Below are positions 1-6,813 of a DNA stretch of 51,155 nt, in pieces; the stretch's first letter is position 1, and each line of letters begins with the position of its first letter. The position numbers and the translations under genes are program-made. The DNA comes from Butyricicoccus sp. (GTDB lineage Bacteria > Bacillota > Clostridia > Oscillospirales > Oscillospiraceae), in the NCBI GenBank assembly GCA_023664105.1, contig JAMPGF010000001.1, positions 1-51,155 on the forward strand. The letters run 5' to 3'. The notes beneath the pieces were generated by a model, which made no database searches, was not told the origin of the DNA, and saw only the letters and a list, made by a program, of their open reading frames with translations.

Positions 1-213
1 AAAAACTACAAAATTTCTTCGGCGTTTTCTTACAATTTCAAATCGGCGTTGACAGCGTACAAAGCTCATCATGCGTTTAAGCTCCGGCCTGTCCATGCTC
101 TTACCGCTCATTCGGTCTATGTATACCTGCTCAACACCAAGCTCACGCATAAGCACCTCCTGTCTGGCCGTGTTCTGATCCACCGTGCTGGTTCGGATAT
201 AACCTATTTTCAA
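1..213 (-). CDS. Small serine recombinase (resolvase/invertase), N-terminal region, partial at the window edge
   Basis: Not in the ORF track. Minus-strand translation from TTG at 213 (GAGAGGTGG RBS ~6 nt upstream) gives MKIGYIRTSTVDQNTARQEVLMRELGVEQVYIDRMSGKSMDRPELKRMMSFVR, the classic resolvase N-terminus with the catalytic Ser in YIRTSTVDQ. After FVR the expected GD..vV.S.sRl.R motif is replaced by CQRRFEIVRKRRRNF, so it may be disrupted. Confidence 0.5.
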   Translation of the reverse strand, partial: MKIGYIRTSTVDQNTARQEVLMRELGVEQVYIDRMSGKSMDRPELKRMMSFVRCQRRFEIVRKRRRNFVVF

Positions 214-230
214 TTTTACCACCTCTCATT

Positions 231-328
231 CCCAATAGGGTCCCTTCTGCAAATGGCATATGCCAAAAGCCGGAAAATGACCCTATTGGGATGCTTTTTT
301 ACCATGTCAATAGGGTGTACCCTAATGG
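231..328. repeat. Cluster of CCCAATAGGGT half-sites (res-like or operator-like) between the DUF3846 gene and the resolvase start
   Basis: CCCAATAGGGTC at 231-242 has its perfect inverted copy GACCCTATTGGG at 279-290. Palindrome TGGCATATGCCA lies at 254-265. An abutting imperfect inverted pair TCAATAGGGTG/TACCCTAATGG lies at 307-328. Confidence 0.45.
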
Positions 329-351
329 CACTGCTTCTTCCCCCTTCTTGC

Positions 352-714
352 TCACGCCATCGGCAGTACTACAAGATGACCGTTCAAGCTTATGAAAATC
401 TCCGGTACGGCAAACTTAGCTGTGAACTTCTCGATTTGCTCATCTGTCAGCGAAGCAAAGCTGTCTCCGTCTATCCCGCAAATAAAGAAGACCCCGCACA
501 CAACATCATAGAGCTTGTCGCTGCTGTTCTGCATAATACGGTTAGCTGGCAGTCCAAGTATTTTACCCTCATCATTACAGACTAAGGCAACAGGGTCATC
601 AAAAGGGTATAATGCCTGTATAAGCCCGCCTACAGTTTCCTGCATAGATTCCAGCGTACCGTCGATATCTCTGATTTTCGGCTTCCTTTCTGGTTCAACC
701 ACTAAAATGCGCAT
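352..714 (-). CDS. DUF3846 domain protein (typical of conjugative-element and phage accessory regions)
   Basis: N-terminus MRILVVEPERKPKIRDIDGTLESMQETVGGLIQALYP matches the DUF3846 pattern (M.vlvVEPgk.P....I.g.LesmQ..VGG.Ie). Its start is 3 nt from the upstream ORF stop. Confidence 0.75.
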   Translation of the reverse strand: MRILVVEPERKPKIRDIDGTLESMQETVGGLIQALYPFDDPVALVCNDEGKILGLPANRIMQNSSDKLYDVVCGVFFICGIDGDSFASLTDEQIEKFTAKFAVPEIFISLNGHLVVLPMA

Positions 715-716
715 AT

Positions 717-941
717 CTATCTTACCTCCTTAGCCAGATTGCTGAAAAGCTCATCTACCATATCGGCGTCAAAGCCGTCAATGATGTCATAGTCACGGCA
801 GAAGGTCAGAAACCGCTTGAACATGCCTCGACCGAATCCGGCCTCGATGCGGCTTATAATATGACCTTGACGTATGGAATCAAGGCAGTCTGTTAAATCT
901 CCGCTGGTATTGCGGAATCTGCAATAGCTCATGTTTGACAC
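717..941 (-). CDS. Hypothetical small protein (74 aa)
   Basis: GTG start with a GGTGGG RBS ~9 nt upstream. It sits in an operon between the amidotransferase and the DUF3846 gene. No family recognised. Confidence 0.5.
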   Translation of the reverse strand: MSNMSYCRFRNTSGDLTDCLDSIRQGHIISRIEAGFGRGMFKRFLTFCRDYDIIDGFDADMVDELFSNLAKEVR

Positions 942-969
942 TGTTGTTATCCCACCTTATAAAAGCTCG

Positions 970-1896
970 TTATAGCCTTCCACAGTAAAGGAAATCCTCT
1001 ACATCTTCCAAGGTAAAGCCCTGCTCTAATATCGCGTCTATGTTCTCCGGAGTGTAGCCGAAGGATGCCGCCACAGACTTCACCTCGTCAAGATGCTTCT
1101 GCTCACGGCTTGCCCTGCGCTGATAGGAAAATCCCGTATAGAAGCCATACCGCATTGGCCAGCCAGACAAGAAGGATGACGTATCAAACTCAGCGCGAGT
1201 GATACCGCCAGCAGGGGAGACTTTCAGAATTTCTCCGCAGTCAGCCTTGATTTTTACGGGCTTTCCCATACGGAGCCGTGCCTTCCCCAAAAATTTGCTG
1301 AGTATTTCATCTGTAGAGGCATAGAGATACAGACTATAACGGGGGAAGTGCAACAGGCACATGGGGTTGTCTCCCTTAACCAGATACCAGTTATTCGCCT
1401 CGTCCAGAACGGTAAAAGTAAAAGAGCCCTCGACATGTTCAGCCATGTATTTCAGGCTGTCAAAGTCGAGGGCTTTCTTCTTCTCAATAAGCTGAACGGC
1501 AACGTAGCTGTCAGTCTGTATTTTGGTCTGTGGAAGCTTTTGAGAGCGGCGCAGTATGTGGTCGTTATGCAAAACGCCGTTGTGCGCCAGAGCAAAGCGT
1601 TTTCCACCCACCTGTCCTAAAAACGGGTGATTGTTATAGTTTTTCTTCTCACTGCCTTGGGTGGTCATCCGTGTGTGGCCCATTACAGCTACAGCGTCGT
1701 TGGGAATACGGAAGTTCAGCTTATGAGCTGGAACAGGGCGCTTATAGACATGCAAGCTCCCGCCGGAATTATAGGCTATTCCGGTAGCGTCCGTGCCTCT
1801 TGCCTCACACTCAGCTGCAAGGACAGACAACAGCGCTGTTTTCTGCCTTCCTGTAAAGTTTCCTCCATAATCAAGCATACCAAAAAGACAGCACAT
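970..1896 (-). CDS. Class-II (Ntn-type) glutamine amidotransferase domain protein
   Basis: N-terminal MCCLFG places a nucleophile Cys directly after Met. GHTRMTTQG and HPF...ALAHNG motifs are typical of the GATase_2 / Ntn hydrolase fold. The start codon overlaps the amidoligase stop (TGATG). Confidence 0.8.
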   Translation of the reverse strand: MCCLFGMLDYGGNFTGRQKTALLSVLAAECEARGTDATGIAYNSGGSLHVYKRPVPAHKLNFRIPNDAVAVMGHTRMTTQGSEKKNYNNHPFLGQVGGKRFALAHNGVLHNDHILRRSQKLPQTKIQTDSYVAVQLIEKKKALDFDSLKYMAEHVEGSFTFTVLDEANNWYLVKGDNPMCLLHFPRYSLYLYASTDEILSKFLGKARLRMGKPVKIKADCGEILKVSPAGGITRAEFDTSSFLSGWPMRYGFYTGFSYQRRASREQKHLDEVKSVAASFGYTPENIDAILEQGFTLEDVEDFLYCGRL

Positions 1897-3008
1897 CAGA
1901 TTTCCTCCTCATTTGTTACAGGCTCATTGACATACAGACGCTGTTCCTTCAAATACTGCACCAGCTCCGGCTGGGTACAGCCGGACACAAACGAGGTCCA
2001 CGCCATTGCTTGCAGAAGCTCATCAGACATATTGACGGCCAAATCACATATCCTGTCTACAAGCTGCACGGTGGCGATCAGGGTATTGTATTTGAGTGTC
2101 CCCCGAAAGATGCGGAACTCTATTGTGTCGCTGTTTTGAAGGTTTACCGAGGCATAGCGCCCTCGGCCGCAGCCGCTCTTGGCGCTGTCAAGTATTTCCA
2201 TTGGTTGATCCTTATAGCCATATCTGGCAGCCCAACGGTCAAGTTGGCTTTTGCTGCGGCGGCTGAATTTCAGAAGCTCGTCCCAGAATTTCTCCACTAT
2301 GTAGAGTATACGGGCGATGCACATCTCCTGCTGTGTTTCCGTATAGCCGAAAGCGGAGCGGTTGACATGGATATGCAATCCGCAGGTATTCGCCTTATGC
2401 GACAGGTAGCCCATTTTAACAGCCTCACCCAAGAGCTCCAGCCATGGCATAGATTGTTGGTGGTATTCCAGCGTCATAGGGTGAGTGACGATTTCAAAGC
2501 CGTCGGAAAGGCTTCCGTCGTGCTTGCAATATACCCGCTCCACACCTCGGTTTGCCTGTCGCATTAACTGACAGGCATGGTCGGAGTCTTCGCCGCCAGC
2601 GTCTATTTCAAGCTCCACGCCGTAATAGCGGCTGCCCTTGCCGTAGAAGATGGGTGTTGGCTTATAGGAGTAGTCGTGTATTTCCTTGTCACGTTGGCTC
2701 CTGCAATAGCAGCTCCAACATAACGGGTCATCCTGATCGCAGTCCTCGTCAGCATAATAGGCGTCATCGCAGTTGATGGTCCTGCCGCAGTGTTCACAGG
2801 TGGTATAGAAATTGTCATAGCAGGATCGGCAGAGGGGTATGCGGTCGTCTCCGGCGTTGTCGTCGTTCCAGATGCGCCGTCCACAGCGGGAGCAGGTTGT
2901 TGTTTCCAGCCCTATACAGCTTGGACACAGGAGCTGATCGTCAAACTCTATGAGCGATCCAAGGGAATGGGCTTCGCCGCATACGCTGCATCTTTCGAGT
3001 TCTCTCAT
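1896..3008 (-). CDS. Amidoligase (Amidoligase_2 / glutamine-synthetase-like COOH-NH2 ligase) with an N-terminal triple zinc-ribbon region
   Basis: Motifs YGVELEID, KHDGSL.DGFEIVTHP, CGLHIHVN and TIEFRIFRGT match the putative amidoligase enzyme family. The N-terminal ~110 aa carry six CxxC pairs. RBS is GGAGGTAATACC-ATG. Confidence 0.8.
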   Translation of the reverse strand: MRELERCSVCGEAHSLGSLIEFDDQLLCPSCIGLETTTCSRCGRRIWNDDNAGDDRIPLCRSCYDNFYTTCEHCGRTINCDDAYYADEDCDQDDPLCWSCYCRSQRDKEIHDYSYKPTPIFYGKGSRYYGVELEIDAGGEDSDHACQLMRQANRGVERVYCKHDGSLSDGFEIVTHPMTLEYHQQSMPWLELLGEAVKMGYLSHKANTCGLHIHVNRSAFGYTETQQEMCIARILYIVEKFWDELLKFSRRSKSQLDRWAARYGYKDQPMEILDSAKSGCGRGRYASVNLQNSDTIEFRIFRGTLKYNTLIATVQLVDRICDLAVNMSDELLQAMAWTSFVSGCTQPELVQYLKEQRLYVNEPVTNEEEI

Positions 3009-3032
3009 GGTATTACCTCCATAAATAAATTG

Positions 3033-3055
3033 CGCGGAGCAGTCAGCTCCGCGCT
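3033..3055 (-). terminator. GC-rich hairpin downstream of the XRE gene and immediately upstream of the amidoligase RBS
   Basis: GCGCGGAGC-AGTCA-GCTCCGCGC. On the minus-strand RNA it is followed by AAUUUAUUUAU. Only ~25 nt separate it from the amidoligase start, so it may act as an attenuator rather than a full stop. Confidence 0.45.
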
Positions 3056-3146
3056 TTCTATGAAGATAATATATAATTTCAGATTTTTTTGCTTGCGATG
3101 ACAGTCATTGTCCATATTGTTTGTTACAATTACTGATAGAATGTTG

Positions 3147-3380
3147 CTAATCGTCGAATTTCAGGAATTTGTAGGCAGGAATATCCAGCGCTTCGGCAAT
3201 AGCGAACAGCGTATCCATGGAAATTGCTTTGCTGATATTCGGCGCTTCTACATGGCCGATAAAGGCGGGAGTGCAGCCTATTTCTTCCGCAAGCTGTTCC
3301 TGTGTTAATCCTGTCAATTTCCGAAAGTATGAAATTTTCAAGCCAAGCTGTAAATATTGCGATTTATAGTGGGGATCCAT
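3147..3380 (-). CDS. XRE-family helix-turn-helix transcriptional regulator
   Basis: LKISYFRKLTGLTQEQLAEEIGCTPAFIGHVE is a canonical HTH_3 (Cro/CI) signature. It is divergent from the WYL operon. Confidence 0.85.
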   Translation of the reverse strand: MDPHYKSQYLQLGLKISYFRKLTGLTQEQLAEEIGCTPAFIGHVEAPNISKAISMDTLFAIAEALDIPAYKFLKFDD

Positions 3381-3424
3381 ATATTCACCTCGTTTATCTC
3401 TATTTTACTCCGCAGCGACAACTA

Positions 3425-3453
3425 TTGACATGACTTGAAAATTATAATATTAT
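3425..3453 (+). promoter_or_regulatory. Sigma-A-type promoter candidate for the WYL operon
   Basis: TTGACA (3425-3430), 17-nt spacer, TATTAT (3448-3453). Palindrome GCTCTGACAGAGC (3495-3507) lies in the predicted 5' UTR. Confidence 0.45.
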
Positions 3454-3523
3454 ATCTCTAAGACAGTGATATATATTTTTGAGATACTTAACATGCTCTG
3501 ACAGAGCAAAAAGAGGTAAAATT

Positions 3524-4474
3524 ATGGAGCGAATTTCGGAGGCAAAATCCACACGTTTGCTGACAATATACGCAAGGCTCCTGTCGGGACAAGTATTGAA
3601 CAAGAGGGCACTTGCCCTTGAGTTCAATGTTACGGAGCGGAGCATACAGCGTGATATGGATTCCCTGCGCTGCTTTTTGTCAGATCAGGGATTGGCTCAA
3701 AACGTGCTGTACGACCGCGGCAAGTATGGCTACTACCTGACAGACATCTTACCAAGGGGACTGTCAAACAGCGAGATACTTGCGGTGTGCAAAATCCTTC
3801 TTGAAAGCCGTTCGATGAGGAAAGACGAGATGTTCCCGATTCTGGACAAACTTATAGACTGCTGTGTGCCAAAATCTAACAGGGCTCTTGTTCTGAATTT
3901 GCTTTCCAATGAAAAGCACCATTACATCGAGCCGCATCACGGCGTATCCGTTCTTGATTGGCTCTGGGAGATTGGACAGGCAGTGCAGCAGCACCGTGTG
4001 ATGGAGATCGAATACCAGAAGCTGAACGCGAGGGAATGGGTACATCGCGTTATAGAGCCGGTAGGTATACTGTTTTCCGAGTATTACTTTTACTTAGCTG
4101 CTTATATCCGAAATATTGACCGGAAAGAATCATTTGAAAACCCAGCGGACAATTTTCCAACAATTTACAGAATTGACCGTATACGTTCTCTGTGTGTGAC
4201 GGATGAACGATTTTCACCTGCTTATTCGGGCAGATTTCAGGAGGGGGAGTTCAGAAAGCGCGTTCAGTTTATGTACGGAGGCAAGCTGCAAACTGTGCGG
4301 TTTACCTATTCCGGACCATCTATCGAGGCTGTGCTGGACAGGTTGCCGACAGCTAAGGTAGTGGATGAGCAGGAGGGGGTGTATACGGTCCAGGCAGAGG
4401 TGTTCGGCAAGGGAATCGATATGTGGCTACGCAGCCAAGGGGAGTTTGTGAGAACAATTAACCAGATTAATTAG
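3524..4474 (+). CDS. WYL-domain transcriptional regulator (HTH + WYL; YafY/PafBC/BrxR/CapW-like architecture)
   Basis: Start moved to the ATG at 3524 (AGAGG RBS). The N-terminal HTH is TRLLTIYARLLSGQVLNKRALALEFNVTERSIQRDMDSLRCFL. The WYL-like core is PVGILFSEYYFYLAAYI...TIYRIDRIRSLCVTDERF. Confidence 0.8.
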   Translation: MERISEAKSTRLLTIYARLLSGQVLNKRALALEFNVTERSIQRDMDSLRCFLSDQGLAQNVLYDRGKYGYYLTDILPRGLSNSEILAVCKILLESRSMRKDEMFPILDKLIDCCVPKSNRALVLNLLSNEKHHYIEPHHGVSVLDWLWEIGQAVQQHRVMEIEYQKLNAREWVHRVIEPVGILFSEYYFYLAAYIRNIDRKESFENPADNFPTIYRIDRIRSLCVTDERFSPAYSGRFQEGEFRKRVQFMYGGKLQTVRFTYSGPSIEAVLDRLPTAKVVDEQEGVYTVQAEVFGKGIDMWLRSQGEFVRTINQIN

Positions 4475-4485
4475 GAGGTTATTTT

Positions 4486-5325
4486 ATGCTTTATGTGAAA
4501 CCAAAAAAAGAAGCACTTGCCATCCATGAGAAAGCAGTGGTCAAATACAATTCTGCCTTTCAAGAGATGGAAAAATTAGGAAATCGTCTTTATGACAAGC
4601 GACTTGATTGTGTTGCACTAATACAAGAGATTGAGCTGCTGGTGAACAGTATTGCCAATCGTCCAAAGGAATTTGAAAAAAAATTCTCCGAAATTGAGGA
4701 GGCAAGTAAGAAGTTTAAGGAAACTGAGGCTTATGCGGTGGAGGCAATGGAAGCTACTATAAAATCAGGAGCAAGTGTTGCTGCTGGTATAGCAGGTGGC
4801 GCTGCTGTAGCTGGTTTGGCACCCTCAGCTGCTATGTGGGTTGCTACAACATTCGGAACGGCCTCTACGGGAACAGCGATATCTGCGTTACATGGTGCAG
4901 TTGCCACTAAAGCAGCATTGGCTTGGTTAGGTGGTGGTGCATTATCTGCTGGTGGTGCAGGCATTGCGGGAGGAAAAGCACTTTTAGCACTTGCTGGCCC
5001 CATTGGTTGGGGGATTAGCGGAGTAACCACAGCAGCATCGGCTGTGGCACTGGGGCACAAAAACAAAGAAATCTCGGATAAGGCCATTGCTGAGGCAAAG
5101 GAAATTACCATTGCTGGTGCGGAAGTAAGCGAAGCCAGTGCAAAAATTCAACATCTTACGGATGAAACTCTTATGCTACTGGGTTCTCTGCGAGATATGA
5201 CACAAGCAAATATGCCTCTAAAGGGTGCAGACTACTTGGAACTGAGTGACAATGAGCAATATCGCCTCGGAACAATGGTAAACAACACCTTGGCTTTGGC
5301 AGAAATGCTTAATAAAACGATCTAA
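4486..5325 (+). CDS. Uncharacterised protein: charged helical N- and C-terminal segments flanking a ~100-aa Gly/Ala-rich glycine-zipper hydrophobic core
   Basis: GGAGG RBS 7 nt upstream, and the start is 11 nt after the WYL gene stop. The core reads GASVAAGIAGGAAVAGLAPSAAMWVATTFG...LGGGALSAGGAGIAGGKALLALAGPIGWGISGV, with repeated small-xxx-small spacing. No family recognised. Confidence 0.7.
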   Translation: MLYVKPKKEALAIHEKAVVKYNSAFQEMEKLGNRLYDKRLDCVALIQEIELLVNSIANRPKEFEKKFSEIEEASKKFKETEAYAVEAMEATIKSGASVAAGIAGGAAVAGLAPSAAMWVATTFGTASTGTAISALHGAVATKAALAWLGGGALSAGGAGIAGGKALLALAGPIGWGISGVTTAASAVALGHKNKEISDKAIAEAKEITIAGAEVSEASAKIQHLTDETLMLLGSLRDMTQANMPLKGADYLELSDNEQYRLGTMVNNTLALAEMLNKTI

Positions 5326-5336
5326 GGAGGATGGCT

Positions 5337-6797
5337 ATGGACGCTGCACAAATCGTAAAAAGCACACAGGAACAGGGCGTTGCTGCATGGGTAAATTACC
5401 TGAATCAACTGAGGTTGAATGAGCTGGTGACAAAGCTTACTGCACAAGATACAAACCTGGAGGAGGCATTGGCAGAAATCCAAAAATTCAAATGTTTTAT
5501 CGGAGACCCAAATCATATTTTAGGCAGTGCAACTACGAAGCATGGTGAAATTGCGGAGAATGCCCAGGTCTATATTTCAAATGCCAGAAGGTTAATTGAG
5601 GGTTTATCTAAAGAGTTCACTTTTGAAGGAGTTGCCCGGACCGCTCCAGAAGATTATTTAAAAAATGGTCAACAAATTCAATCGAAATTTTTGCATGATG
5701 TGAAAGCAACACTAAACGGAAGCGGGAATGCCGAAGGCATCAGGCAACATATAGGAAAATATCCTTGGTTTGTGAAAAATGGTGGCTCTTATGATATCCC
5801 TAAAAATCAGTATGACGAAATCATGCGTGTTCTGCAATTACGGCAGGATTCCCCCACTCTATTAACAAGAGGGGATAGACGTTTGCTTGCAGCTATTGAT
5901 TCCTTTGAGAAAGAAACTGGATTACGCATATCTAAAGATGTGCGTCCCGCTGTGGTAAACTATAGCGATGTTCAGCAAGGAAAAGCCAATAAAACCATTT
6001 TAAAAGAAGAAACATCAATTAAAGATACAGACCAGAAGCGTCGTGATAACGCATATGAAGCCAGCAAACCCACGCTGAAACAGGGGGCGCAGGCCACTGT
6101 TGTTTCGGCTGCGGTGGAAGGTGGCATATCATTTTGCCTTGGCATAGCGAAAAAGCATAAACAAGGCAAACACCTTGCAGATTTCACGGCGGAGGATTGG
6201 CAGGAAGTTGGCATTGATACCGTAAAAGGAACAGCTCAAGGAGGTATCCGGGGTGGAGTAATTTATGCCATGACAAATTTTACTGCCACTCCCGCAGCTG
6301 TTGCAAATGCATTGGTAACAGCATCTTTTGGAATTGCAGCACAGGCTTATCAACTTCGGCAAGGCAATATTACGGAGGAAGATTTTATTGTAAACTCAGA
6401 GGTGCTTTGTCTTGATGTGTCTGTAAGCGCACTTGCTTCAATGTTGGGTCAGGTTTTGATTCCCATCCCCGTCCTTGGAGCAATAATTGGAAATGTGGCA
6501 GGCATGTATATGTATCAGATTGCAAAGGAACACCTTTCTGAGAAGGAGCAGGAACTGATTGCCAACTATCGCGAGAGTTTTGCAAATCTCAATGAAATAC
6601 TGGAGGAAAGATATAAAGAACTGATTGCCCGATTGAAAAAGGAATTTGCAAAGTATACTTCTGTATTGGAACTCGCCTTCGACATTAATGTCAATGTTGC
6701 TTTCAGCGGTTCCATTGCCTTGGCAAATTATGTTGGTGTAGCTCCTGAAAATATATTGATGAGCAAGCAGGATATTGATAAATTTTTTTTGAATTAA
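5337..6797 (+). CDS. Uncharacterised protein: ~235-aa soluble N-terminal domain plus a polytopic hydrophobic C-terminal region and a coiled-coil tail
   Basis: The second ATG (5337) has better spacing from AAGGAGG than the track start at 5331. Hydrophobic segments are VVSAAVEGGISFCLGIA, GGVIYAMTNFTATPAAVANALVTASFGIAA and LASMLGQVLIPIPVLGAIIGNVAGMYMY. No family recognised. Confidence 0.7.
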   Translation: MDAAQIVKSTQEQGVAAWVNYLNQLRLNELVTKLTAQDTNLEEALAEIQKFKCFIGDPNHILGSATTKHGEIAENAQVYISNARRLIEGLSKEFTFEGVARTAPEDYLKNGQQIQSKFLHDVKATLNGSGNAEGIRQHIGKYPWFVKNGGSYDIPKNQYDEIMRVLQLRQDSPTLLTRGDRRLLAAIDSFEKETGLRISKDVRPAVVNYSDVQQGKANKTILKEETSIKDTDQKRRDNAYEASKPTLKQGAQATVVSAAVEGGISFCLGIAKKHKQGKHLADFTAEDWQEVGIDTVKGTAQGGIRGGVIYAMTNFTATPAAVANALVTASFGIAAQAYQLRQGNITEEDFIVNSEVLCLDVSVSALASMLGQVLIPIPVLGAIIGNVAGMYMYQIAKEHLSEKEQELIANYRESFANLNEILEERYKELIARLKKEFAKYTSVLELAFDINVNVAFSGSIALANYVGVAPENILMSKQDIDKFFLN

Positions 6798-6813
6798 AAG
6801 GAGGATATGTTAA

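Noticed and set aside
49-585. 178-aa plus-strand ORF at the window start
   Set aside because: It overlaps the minus-strand resolvase fragment and the DUF3846 gene, both of which have clear family signatures. It has no RBS and its composition is not protein-like.
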